A DNA stretch of 64,000 bases from an uncultured Spirochaetales bacterium. Lineage in GTDB: Bacteria; Spirochaetota; Spirochaetia; Sphaerochaetales; Sphaerochaetaceae. Positions within the stretch are counted from its first letter, which is position 1. Each line of letters opens with the position of its first letter. The position numbers and the translations under genes were made by a program. The notes beneath the pieces were generated by a model. That model ran no database searches. It had not been told where the DNA came from and saw only the letters and a list, made by a program, of their open reading frames with translations. Location: positions 103,740 through 167,739 of the forward strand of contig CALXYO010000003.1 of the NCBI GenBank assembly GCA_944393005.1, read 5' to 3'. Of this stretch, positions 20,300 through 29,299 are shown one piece after another.

Positions 20300-21036
20300 T
20301 CCTCAGTGTTGAGAATGTACATAAGACATTTGAAGGTACCGAAGTCCTCAAAGGTGTGAGCCTTTGTGTGGACAAAGGTGATGTGGTTTCCCTCATCGGA
20401 CCCAGCGGAGCCGGAAAGACGACCCTGCTCAGGTGCATAAACTTCCTTGAGAGTGCAGACAGCGGAACTATGGAATTCGCCGGCAGAAAGTATGATATGC
20501 ACAACACTCACACAAAAGAGAAGGCTGAGGTGAGAAAGAGAACAGGGTTCGTGTTCCAGAACTTCAACCTTTTCCGCAACAAGAGTGCACTTGAGAATGT
20601 GATGGAAGGCCTTGTTGTTGTGAGAAAGAAAGACAGGAAAGAAGCGGAGGACATAGCTTTCGCCACCCTCAGCAAGGTCGGAATCAGTACTTCCCTGGCC
20701 TCACATTATCCTTCTGAGCTTTCAGGAGGACAGCAGCAGAGGGTTGCGATTGCCAGGGCTATTGCATCCAATCCTGAAATAGTTTATTTTGATGAGCCGA
20801 CCAGCGCGCTTGATCCTGAACTTGCGGCAGAGGTCATTTCGATAATGAAGATGCTTGCGGATGAGGGAATGACCATGCTTGTGGTGACCCATTCAATGGA
20901 ACTGGCCAGAAGTGTTTCAAAACAGGTTGTGTTTCTGGATCATGGCGTTGTGATAGAAAGAGGAAATGCGGATGAGTTCTTCTCGAATCCGAAGGAGGCG
21001 AGGGTCCGTGATTTCCTTTCATTGGAGAGAGTATGA
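20296..21036 (+). CDS. Polar amino-acid ABC ATP-binding protein
   Basis: GPSGAGKT, LSGGQQQRVAIARA, FDEPTSALDPE; ATGA overlap with the permease stop. Confidence 0.92.
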   Translation: MILSVENVHKTFEGTEVLKGVSLCVDKGDVVSLIGPSGAGKTTLLRCINFLESADSGTMEFAGRKYDMHNTHTKEKAEVRKRTGFVFQNFNLFRNKSALENVMEGLVVVRKKDRKEAEDIAFATLSKVGISTSLASHYPSELSGGQQQRVAIARAIASNPEIVYFDEPTSALDPELAAEVISIMKMLADEGMTMLVVTHSMELARSVSKQVVFLDHGVVIERGNADEFFSNPKEARVRDFLSLERV

Positions 21037-21839
21037 GAAAAACATTCAGAATATTGAGTCTGCTCATTGTGACTTTATTGGTACTGAGCGGATGCAGTTC
21101 AAAGGAAGATGAAAGCGGACAGGGTGATCTTCTTTCCCGAATTCAGGAAAGAGGATACATGATCGTTGCGACCGAGGGCACATGGGCTCCCTGGACATTC
21201 CATGATGAGAATGACGAGCTTGTCGGCTATGACATTGAGGTCGCACAGGGAATTGCCGATTACCTCGGCGTTGATGTTCAGTTCGTCGAAGGCGAGTGGG
21301 ACGGCCTTTTCGCTGGTCTCAATTCCCAGCGTTACGATATTGTGGCCAACGGTGTCGAAGTCACGACGGAAAGGGCTGAGACTTATGATTTCTCTGTTCC
21401 CTACGGGTACATTCGCACGGCGATAATCGTGCAGGATGGTAATGATAAAATAACTTCATTTGAAGATCTTGACGGTAAAACCACGGCAAATACACTGGCA
21501 AGCACATATGCATCCCTTGCGGAAAGCTACGGTGCCACCGCAACAGGCGTCGATGATCTTGCACAGACGATTGAGCTGCTGAGAGCCGGACGTGTTGATG
21601 CCACACTGAATGCCGAAGTCACTTACTATGACTACATGAAGCAGCATCCTGATGCGCCCATAAAGATTGCGGCCCTTACCGAGGATGCTTCTGAAGTTGC
21701 CATTCCGGTAAGAAAGGGAGAGGACAGCGCATCCTTCCTTGCTGCGGTGAATGAGGCTATTGAAAGCATGAGGGAGTCAGGCAGGCTCACTGAGATATCA
21801 GAAAAGTATTTCGGTTTCGATATCTCATCAGAAAACTGA
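21033..21839 (+). CDS. Polar amino-acid ABC substrate-binding lipoprotein (cystine-type)
   Basis: Lipobox LSGC; ATEGTWAPW, GYDIEVA, GRVDATLN. Confidence 0.9.
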   Translation: MRKTFRILSLLIVTLLVLSGCSSKEDESGQGDLLSRIQERGYMIVATEGTWAPWTFHDENDELVGYDIEVAQGIADYLGVDVQFVEGEWDGLFAGLNSQRYDIVANGVEVTTERAETYDFSVPYGYIRTAIIVQDGNDKITSFEDLDGKTTANTLASTYASLAESYGATATGVDDLAQTIELLRAGRVDATLNAEVTYYDYMKQHPDAPIKIAALTEDASEVAIPVRKGEDSASFLAAVNEAIESMRESGRLTEISEKYFGFDISSEN

Positions 21840-21851
21840 TGATACGATGTG

Positions 21852-21880
21852 AGTGCCGTTTCTTGCGGCACTTCTTTTTT
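21852..21880 (+). terminator. Intrinsic terminator
   Basis: AGTGCCG-tttcttg-CGGCACT followed by a T tract. Confidence 0.75.
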
Positions 21881-21900
21881 CATGTATGAGGTAGACAAAA

Positions 21901-22911
21901 ATGAGAAAACCTGTCAGGAATATAGTTTTGGCAGCGCTGTTGTTTATAACCGGTGTTGTTTCATGTGCATTTGCCGAGAGCATCGGGGAAATTGATTATT
22001 CAGATCCTTCATCCTGGGCATATTTTGCTGAGGGAGATGACAATCCTGCCGATCTTTTCCTGATCTGTCCGACTGTCGATATGGGCAGTGAAGGCAATCT
22101 GAACATGGATATCGCCAATGAGGAGCTCAGGGCAAGTTTCACAGGTGCACTGAATATGGAGAGGGGAATATATGAAGAAGTGACTGTGATGTATGCCCCT
22201 TTCTACCGGCAGATGACTTTCCCTGTCTACGAAAAGATGATTGCAGAAGAGGGCAGACATCTTGAAATTGCCTATTCGGATGTGGAAGATGCTTTCCTCT
22301 ATTATATCAATAACCTGAATGACGGACGTCCGTTCATCCTTGCAGGGTTTTCCCAGGGAGCACAGCTTGCGCTGATGCTGCTTGAAGAATACTTCGATGA
22401 TGAGGCTCTTCAGGACCGGCTCATCGCCGCATACTGCATAGGATGGAAGGTGAGTAAAGAAGATCTGGAGAAATACCCTCATCTGAAGATGGCAGAGGGT
22501 GAAGATGATACAGGAGTGATCATCTCATTCAACAGCGAAGCTGAGAATATTGAAGCTTCAATCATCGTGCCGCGGGGTGTCAGGACTCTTTCGATAAATC
22601 CGCTGAACTGGAAAACGGACAGCACATATGCTGACAGATCCCTCAATAAAGGTGCCTGTTTCACGGCTTATTCAGGCGTAGTCACATCTGAAATACCAGC
22701 CCTGACCGGTGCTTACATTGATCCTGAAAGGGGAACGCTCAGGGTAATGGATGTCAATCCTTCCGATTACAGCAGCCCGCTGTTTCCTGATGAGGTATAT
22801 CATCTGTATGATTATCAGTTCTTTTTCAGGAATCTTCAGGAGAATGTCACAATCAGAACCGCCTCATGGATTGAGCAGCATGAAAGCCTTTCTCTCGGGA
22901 ATGCATCATGA
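21901..22911 (+). CDS. DUF3089-like exported alpha/beta hydrolase
   Basis: Signal peptide; YAPFYRQ, GRPFILAGFSQG nucleophile elbow, INPLNW, YHLYDY. Confidence 0.8.
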   Translation: MRKPVRNIVLAALLFITGVVSCAFAESIGEIDYSDPSSWAYFAEGDDNPADLFLICPTVDMGSEGNLNMDIANEELRASFTGALNMERGIYEEVTVMYAPFYRQMTFPVYEKMIAEEGRHLEIAYSDVEDAFLYYINNLNDGRPFILAGFSQGAQLALMLLEEYFDDEALQDRLIAAYCIGWKVSKEDLEKYPHLKMAEGEDDTGVIISFNSEAENIEASIIVPRGVRTLSINPLNWKTDSTYADRSLNKGACFTAYSGVVTSEIPALTGAYIDPERGTLRVMDVNPSDYSSPLFPDEVYHLYDYQFFFRNLQENVTIRTASWIEQHESLSLGNAS

Positions 22912-22923
22912 TTGCCGAAGTAT

Positions 22924-23160
22924 TCAGAACTGATTTCCAAGTTCTTTCACTCTTACCATGATTTCCGCTTCCGGTGTGTCTTTTCCTGACAGCCGGAAGC
23001 TGTCGTCAATAAGACGGCCTTCACCTTCAAAATATGCGATGGAGGGGTCCACAAGTTCATACAGGCCTGTTCCTTCTGTGCCTGTTGCGTAATACTTTCC
23101 ATCAATTATGCAGGTGTTTTCCCTCTCTTCCTGCAGTGTCTGTTCCTGTCTGATTTCCAT
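22924..23160 (-). CDS. Small hypothetical protein
   Basis: ORF fills an otherwise empty gap between genes; no recognisable motif. Confidence 0.45.
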   Translation of the reverse strand: MEIRQEQTLQEERENTCIIDGKYYATGTEGTGLYELVDPSIAYFEGEGRLIDDSFRLSGKDTPEAEIMVRVKELGNQF

Positions 23161-23344
23161 TCCCTTAATCACCTGCTTTATCTAACAATACCATCCGGAT
23201 GATTGTCAAATGGGAAAACGGGGTTAAAGCCGTAAATTTTTGTTTTCCTGTTAAGACATTGAGAGCAGGGAATATTTTCAGAATGTTTCAGTTTTTCTGT
23301 TACTCAGACAGTTATTCTTTGTTTTTCTTCCATGAGGTGTTTTT

Positions 23345-23746
23345 GTGTTGACCGGGATAATCGCACTTGATGACAGAAACGGGTATTCTCTTTTCGGGAA
23401 GAGACTGTCAAAGGACAAGAAGATGCTTGAGGATATGACCGGACTGCTGGAGGTCGGACAGTGCCTGTATGTATCAAAATACAGCCTGGGGATTTTCTCT
23501 GAAGATCTGCGCAGGCATCTCATATGTTCTCTCCCTGATACCGTTTCTGATGATGGCATGATCTTTTTCGAGGCTTCTGATTTCTCATCCTTCGGTCTTG
23601 ACAGACTGATTGTATACAGGTGGAACAGGCATTACCCGTCAGACGTGAAATACAATCCGTATCTTCATGGCTGGAAGAAAATCTCCTCATATGATTTCAG
23701 AGGATACTCACATGAGAAGATCACAAGGGAGGTGTATGAGCGATGA
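23345..23746 (+). CDS. Short DHFR-fold-like hypothetical protein
   Basis: IIALDDRNG...RLSKD N-terminus, LIVYRWNRHYPSD and C-terminal ITREVYE strand resemble the DHFR layout. Confidence 0.55.
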   Translation: MLTGIIALDDRNGYSLFGKRLSKDKKMLEDMTGLLEVGQCLYVSKYSLGIFSEDLRRHLICSLPDTVSDDGMIFFEASDFSSFGLDRLIVYRWNRHYPSDVKYNPYLHGWKKISSYDFRGYSHEKITREVYER

Positions 23747-24711
23747 AAAAAATGAAAACAGATCTGTTCAGACTTTTGCTGGCAGTTGTACTGGCGATTA
23801 TTGTTGTACCATCATGCTCTCTTGATATGCTGTTGCAGCAGGATTCTGCTGAGACAAATGCAGGAGTAATGACACCGGAAATTGTCAGCAGAATCAATTC
23901 CCCTGATGTTGGGATATATCCGGAATATGATGGCAGTTCAGAATGTTTTTTCATACAAATGCATGATGGTATTCCTTATTTCACAGATGAGGATTATGAA
24001 TATGCGGAAGAAAAAGGAAATTTCATTGAGCTTTCAGAACTGGACAGTTTGGGAAGGACCGGAGTCTCATGGGGGCTGTTTTCCTTTTACACAATGCCGA
24101 CAGAAGACAGAGAAGGGCTGGATACAAAACCTTCAGGCTGGGTTCAGCACCGATATGAATCAGATATCGTTGATGGCGGCTGGCTTTACAACAGGGCACA
24201 TCAGATTGGTTTTCAGATAAGCGGGCTTAATGATGTTCCTGAAAACCTGATGACTGGAACCAGAGCTTTCAACGTGGAAGGAATGCTTCCTTTTGAGAAC
24301 ATTGTTGCCGATCATCTGAAAGAGGAACATGATCATGAAATACTGTATCGTGTGTCTCCGTATTTTGAAGATGATAATCTTCTTGCTTCAGGTGTGCTGA
24401 TGGAATCAGACTGTCTTGGTTGCGATGACTCTGCTGATTTCTGTGTTTTCATATTCAATGTGCAGCCCGGTATCACAATCGATTATTCCACCGGTGAGAA
24501 CTGGCTTACCGGAACAGACGATGGTACGGATGATCCATCCACTCTTCCGGAAGCACAGAATTATGTCATCAACAAATCCAACAACAAATTTCACCTTCCT
24601 TCCTGCCGCCATGCAGAAAGCATGAGCGATGAAAACAGAGAAGAGATCAAGGCACCGAGAAGCTGGATGATTGCGAATGCATACGAACCCTGTGGGGTAT
24701 GCAATCCCTGA
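23743..24711 (+). CDS. DNA/RNA non-specific endonuclease (streptodornase/EndA-like) lipoprotein with C-terminal Cys/His metal-binding domain
   Basis: Lipobox VVPSC; ELDSLGR, YNRAHQIG, NLMTGTRAFN, MLPFEN; C-terminal KFHLPSC...PCGVCNP. Confidence 0.85.
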   Translation: MKKMKTDLFRLLLAVVLAIIVVPSCSLDMLLQQDSAETNAGVMTPEIVSRINSPDVGIYPEYDGSSECFFIQMHDGIPYFTDEDYEYAEEKGNFIELSELDSLGRTGVSWGLFSFYTMPTEDREGLDTKPSGWVQHRYESDIVDGGWLYNRAHQIGFQISGLNDVPENLMTGTRAFNVEGMLPFENIVADHLKEEHDHEILYRVSPYFEDDNLLASGVLMESDCLGCDDSADFCVFIFNVQPGITIDYSTGENWLTGTDDGTDDPSTLPEAQNYVINKSNNKFHLPSCRHAESMSDENREEIKAPRSWMIANAYEPCGVCNP

Positions 24712-24762
24712 TTGGAAATGCACATTTGCATCAGAAGTGCAATTATGCTATAGTCCATCCTC

Positions 24763-25434
24763 ATGAATAACAAGGTCTCGGAAAACCCTTCAAAAAACCG
24801 GAAAGGCGATTTCTCACCGCTTGTCGTACTTACAGCTTTTCTGGTCACTCTTTACATGGTTGCAAATCTTATGGCAGTCAAGATCATTTCAATAGGATCC
24901 CTGTCACTTTTCGATGCGGGAACAATCACTTTCCCCTTTGCCTACATGGCAGGCGATGTGCTTGCGGAGGTGTGGGGCTACAGAACGGCACGCAAGGTCA
25001 TATATCTGACATTCATATGCAATGCAATGCTCGTAATCTTCACATCAATCGGTGTCGTGCTGCCTTATCCTGATTATGCACAGCCGGTGCAGGATGCATA
25101 TGCTACTATCTATACATATGTGCCGAGGATAGTCGTCGCCTCCCTTATTTCTTTCCTTCTTGGACAGCTCGCAAATGCCAGGGTTCTTGTCTGGATAAAG
25201 GAAAAACAGAAAGACGGAAAGCTGCTGTGGGTGAGGACAATAGCCTCTTCTGCTGTAGGCTATGTGTTCGATACGGTTCTCTTTGTGCTTATCGCTTTCA
25301 CGGGAACCACTCCCGCCTCTGATCTTCTGTCAATGATAATCGTCCAGTATTTTGCCAAAATTCTCATAGAAGCGGCAGCGGGAACACCTCTTGCATATGC
25401 CGCAATCGGCTTCATGAGGAGGAAATTCCTGTGA
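24763..25434 (+). CDS. yhhQ: Queuosine precursor transporter (VUT/YhhQ family)
   Basis: ANLMAVK, DVLAEVWG, PRIVVASL, RTIASS, DTVLF. Confidence 0.9.
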   Translation: MNNKVSENPSKNRKGDFSPLVVLTAFLVTLYMVANLMAVKIISIGSLSLFDAGTITFPFAYMAGDVLAEVWGYRTARKVIYLTFICNAMLVIFTSIGVVLPYPDYAQPVQDAYATIYTYVPRIVVASLISFLLGQLANARVLVWIKEKQKDGKLLWVRTIASSAVGYVFDTVLFVLIAFTGTTPASDLLSMIIVQYFAKILIEAAAGTPLAYAAIGFMRRKFL

Positions 25435-26120
25435 GTGAGCTTGTACGCTACAGTACGATTGATGAGGGAATGAAAAGAGAGTTCCTTCTTCTTCAGGGAA
25501 AAGGCTGTGCATGGAGGAAATGCACTTTCTGTGATTACTACCTTGACTCTTCATCTGATCCGTTTGTCATCAATGAACCGGTGCTTGACATGGTGAGCGG
25601 AAAATACAGCGTTCTTGATATAATAAACTCCGGCTCTGCAATGGAGCTTGATGAACGCACACTTGAGAAGATCGCCGTGACAGTCAGGGAAAAGAAAATC
25701 TCAGATCTATGGTTTGAGGCGCACTGGATGTACCGTCACTCTCTTGCCGGATTTGCAGAACAGTTTGATTGCCGTGTGCATTACAGGATAGGTGTTGAGA
25801 GTTTCAATCCCGATCTGAGGCTTAAATGGAAAAAAGGCATAGGCCGTGATGTCACAGCAGAAGAGATACGCAGATATTTTGACGGCATATGTCTTCTAGC
25901 AGGTGTGAAGGGGCAGACACTTGAAGATATAAAGTCATCGGTGGAAACTGCTGAAAGACTTTTTGATTATTATTCGGTCAATCTTTTCTGCCCGAACTCC
26001 TCGCAGGAGGAGAGGGATGATGAACTTGCTGACGCGTTCATAAGGGAAATCGTACCGTCCCTGCGAAAGAGCCGCAAGGCGGAAATCCTCATTGACAATA
26101 CAGATCTGGGAGTAGGCTGA
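25431..26120 (+). CDS. queL: Short radical SAM protein, probable queuine lyase (QueL-like)
   Basis: CAWRKCTFCDY CxxxCxxC; IINSGS, WFEAHW, IGVESF; GTGA overlap with yhhQ. Size, motifs and context match my recollection of C. difficile QueL. Confidence 0.7.
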   Translation: MSELVRYSTIDEGMKREFLLLQGKGCAWRKCTFCDYYLDSSSDPFVINEPVLDMVSGKYSVLDIINSGSAMELDERTLEKIAVTVREKKISDLWFEAHWMYRHSLAGFAEQFDCRVHYRIGVESFNPDLRLKWKKGIGRDVTAEEIRRYFDGICLLAGVKGQTLEDIKSSVETAERLFDYYSVNLFCPNSSQEERDDELADAFIREIVPSLRKSRKAEILIDNTDLGVG

Positions 26121-26240
26121 GCCGCTCCCTTTTTCTGTCTTTAAACCGTCTGATGCATATGTGTTTCAGATGCCGGTCATAAAAAAAGAAAAAATTTTCT
26201 TGACAGCTGGAAAAACCTGTGAGATAAAGATTCTAGGTTC

Positions 26241-26256
26241 ATTTAACCGGTTAAAT
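26241..26256. promoter_or_regulatory. LacI-type operator
   Basis: Perfect 16-bp palindrome ATTTAACCGGTTAAAT just upstream of the RBS of the sugar SBP gene. Confidence 0.7.
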
Positions 26257-26277
26257 TAACCAAAAAGGAGAAATACA

Positions 26278-27537
26278 ATGAAAAAAGTCTTATTGTTTGC
26301 ACTCATTGCGGCACTGGCTCTGAACAGCGTTTTCGCCAACGGAAGTTCCGAGTCGGCAAGCAGTGACGGACGCACTCAGGTAACGGTTGCTCTCTGGGCT
26401 GCAGACCGCGGTGACAGACTCGAAAGATCGGAAGCCGAATTTGAGGCGTCACATCCTGATATCGACATCAATTTCCAGGTTCAGTCCGGAGACTATTCCA
26501 ACTATCTGGGAGCCAAGACAGCTGCGAATGATCTTGCAGATATCTATCTGCTGACTCCGTATGCACAGGTGAAAACCTTTGCTCAGGCGGGAAGGATACA
26601 GGATCTCTCTGATTCCCCTTTTGTAAGCGAGGTATATCCTGAGTCCCTTGAATCCGCTTCATATGAGGGTAAGGTGTACGGCTATCCTGCAAACTACGAG
26701 TTCCTCGGCGTATATTACAACAGAGACATTTTTGAAGCCTGCGGAATCACTGAAGTGCCGACCACCAGAAGCGAATTCATTCAGGTGTGCGAGACCCTTC
26801 AGGCAAACGGTTACCAGCCGATTGCTTCCACATTCAAGGAATCATGGACACTGAAGCATCTTTTCAGCATTCTTCTCACAACTGTCGTACAGGATGACAT
26901 TCCGGGTTTCATTGACAGCCTGAACAGCGGAGAGGGCACATTCAATGTTGAGGGAATCGACGATGTATTCGCCTTTGCAGATATCCTCAGCAAGTATTCA
27001 GGTGCCAACTACAAGGACATGGACTCAACATCTGGCTACAACGCACTTGCAAACGGCAGTGCTGCAATGCTCATTTCCGGCGAGTTCTCTCTTTCCGCAC
27101 TCGACAATATTTCAAACCCGCCTGACATCGGACTGTTTGCTGTTCCGGTAAGCGAGAATCCTGAGAGAAACAAGCTTGCAGTTGATGTGGGACAGGTATT
27201 TGTTGTCAATGCAAAGCCGGATAACCAGGAAGCTACAATGGAGGTTCTCGATTTCCTCAGCGACGGTTCTCTTGAGAACGGATACGTTGCAATCATGTCC
27301 AATGAAATCGGTTCGGCACCACCTGCAATGCCGTTCAACTTCACATTCGAATGTCAGGCATATGCTGATTATCTTGCCTATGCGGATGCAGGAAACACTG
27401 TACCATGGGTATACCAGCAGTTTGCAAATGGATTCGATGTCGTTTCCGGCGATATCTTCCAGGCATACGTATTCGGAGCCAAAGATCAGGCCACAGTTCT
27501 CTCTGAGCTTGATGAAGCATATAAAACTTTCATTTGA
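26278..27537 (+). CDS. Carbohydrate ABC substrate-binding protein
   Basis: Signal peptide FANGSSE; EFEASHPDI, YYNRDIF, NGSAAM. Confidence 0.9.
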   Translation: MKKVLLFALIAALALNSVFANGSSESASSDGRTQVTVALWAADRGDRLERSEAEFEASHPDIDINFQVQSGDYSNYLGAKTAANDLADIYLLTPYAQVKTFAQAGRIQDLSDSPFVSEVYPESLESASYEGKVYGYPANYEFLGVYYNRDIFEACGITEVPTTRSEFIQVCETLQANGYQPIASTFKESWTLKHLFSILLTTVVQDDIPGFIDSLNSGEGTFNVEGIDDVFAFADILSKYSGANYKDMDSTSGYNALANGSAAMLISGEFSLSALDNISNPPDIGLFAVPVSENPERNKLAVDVGQVFVVNAKPDNQEATMEVLDFLSDGSLENGYVAIMSNEIGSAPPAMPFNFTFECQAYADYLAYADAGNTVPWVYQQFANGFDVVSGDIFQAYVFGAKDQATVLSELDEAYKTFI

Positions 27538-27556
27538 TTCTAACAGCTACTTTTGT

Positions 27557-27588
27557 CCCTGAACATGTTAAGGAAGGCATGTTCAGGG
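27557..27588 (+). terminator. Stem-loop after the SBP gene
   Basis: CCCTGAACATG-10 nt-CATGTTCAGGG, perfect 11-bp stem. Confidence 0.6.
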
Positions 27589-27605
27589 CTCTTTCGGGGG
27601 TTTTT

Positions 27606-28481
27606 ATGAAGAAAAAAACTATAATCTACCTGTTATGCATCCTTCCGGCACTCTGTTTTTATTCCTTTGCTCTGCTGATACCTCTTTTCTTCGGGACAAT
27701 TCCTTATTCAACATATGACTGGAACCTCATGTCCGGTATCAAGAATTTCACCGGACTGGGAAACTATATTGAAATACTCAGTGACACTGACTTCTTCCGG
27801 ACCCTGTTGTTCACGGTGAAGGTCGGCGTGATCACAGTTGTGCTGAGCAACCTGCTGGCATTCATCCTCGCATATTTCCTGTCAAAAAGCGATGTGAGAT
27901 GCAAAAGCGTGTCACGTGCATTCTTTTTCATACCTAATATCATAAGTTCGGTTCTCGTTGCCTTCATATGGTACGTGATGTTCGCCTGGGTTCTGCCGTC
28001 GCTTGCACAGACTTTCAACATTGAATGGCTGAAAAGCATAAGCTGGTTCGGAGAGACTTCACATGCGACATTCACGATCATCGTGGTATCCGTATGGCAG
28101 AGTCTCGGCTTCTCGCTTCTGATTTACATCGCTGGTTTCCAGACAATACCATCCGAGCTGATTGAAGCTGCGGAGATGGACGGATGCACCGGTCTCAAAA
28201 GCATTACGAAAGTCCAGGTTCCTCTTCTCATGTCGACCATAACGATCAACCTGTTCATTTCAATTGCCGGCGCGTTCAAGGCTTTCGATATCCCGTTCGC
28301 GCTCACTGACGGCGGACCGTTCGGCACGACCCAGACAATTGCACTGAACATCTATCAGGAAGCATTCATCCGCTACCGCATGGGAATGGGCAGTGCGAAG
28401 TCGGTTGTCCTTTTCCTGCTTGTTGCAATCGTGACAATCGTACAGCTGCGCATCACATCAAAGAAGGAGGTTGAATACTGA
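27606..28481 (+). CDS. Carbohydrate ABC permease
   Basis: EAAEMDGC, FDIPFALTDGGP; start moved to MKKKT because the longer ORF overlaps the SBP gene and the hairpin. Confidence 0.9.
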   Translation: MKKKTIIYLLCILPALCFYSFALLIPLFFGTIPYSTYDWNLMSGIKNFTGLGNYIEILSDTDFFRTLLFTVKVGVITVVLSNLLAFILAYFLSKSDVRCKSVSRAFFFIPNIISSVLVAFIWYVMFAWVLPSLAQTFNIEWLKSISWFGETSHATFTIIVVSVWQSLGFSLLIYIAGFQTIPSELIEAAEMDGCTGLKSITKVQVPLLMSTITINLFISIAGAFKAFDIPFALTDGGPFGTTQTIALNIYQEAFIRYRMGMGSAKSVVLFLLVAIVTIVQLRITSKKEVEY

Positions 28482-29296
28482 TGAGAAAGAGAAAAGCATC
28501 CAGCATTGTTCTTTTTGTGCTTGGCATTCTGTTCATGCTTCCTGTTTTCATTCTGGTGATGAATTCATTCAAAACCTATGATGAAGTCATCAAGTCATTT
28601 GTCACGCTGCCTGAGTCCCTTTATCTGGGCAACTTCGCTGAAGCGGCACGACTGATGAATTACGGAGTTGCTGTCAGGAACAGCCTCTTTGTAACCATCT
28701 GTACGGTCATTGTCTGTACTGTGATCTCATTCTTCGCCTCATTCGGAATCTCACATCTGAAGGGGAAGAAGCAGACGGGCTTCTATCTTCTTTTCTCGCT
28801 CGGGCAGATAATACCGTTTCATACAATCATGATCGCACTGTCTGTGATGATGACGAACCTCAATATGAACAACAGCCTGATCACACTCATAATCCTCTAT
28901 TCCGGTTTTCACTGTGCTTTCGGAATCTTCACATATTTCGGATTTCTCAAGACGGTACCGCTTTCACTGGAGGAGGCTGCCACCATCGACGGATGCGGCA
29001 CTCTGAGACTGATCTGGCAGATTTATTTCCCTCTTGTTCTGCCGACTACGGTCACGATTGTCGTGCTGTTCTTCCTCTGGACATGGAATGACTTCCTCAT
29101 GCCGAGCATCCTGATAAGCGATTCAGCGCTGAGAACGATCACTGTCAATATGTACATATTCAAGGGATCGACACAGTCTAACTGGAATCTGTTCATGGCC
29201 GCACTGGTCATTTCCATCATTCCTATTGTCATAGTATATCTGTTCACGCAGAGATACATAACTTCCGGTATCACAGCCGGTGCCGTAAAGCAGTGA
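28481..29296 (+). CDS. Carbohydrate ABC permease
   Basis: LEEAATIDGC, WTWNDF, GITAGAVK. Confidence 0.9.
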   Translation: MRKRKASSIVLFVLGILFMLPVFILVMNSFKTYDEVIKSFVTLPESLYLGNFAEAARLMNYGVAVRNSLFVTICTVIVCTVISFFASFGISHLKGKKQTGFYLLFSLGQIIPFHTIMIALSVMMTNLNMNNSLITLIILYSGFHCAFGIFTYFGFLKTVPLSLEEAATIDGCGTLRLIWQIYFPLVLPTTVTIVVLFFLWTWNDFLMPSILISDSALRTITVNMYIFKGSTQSNWNLFMAALVISIIPIVIVYLFTQRYITSGITAGAVKQ

Positions 29297-29299
29297 GAT

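Noticed and set aside
24712-24762. preQ1 riboswitch upstream of yhhQ
   Set aside because: Only 51 bp, with no preQ1-I stem/AATAAAA signature
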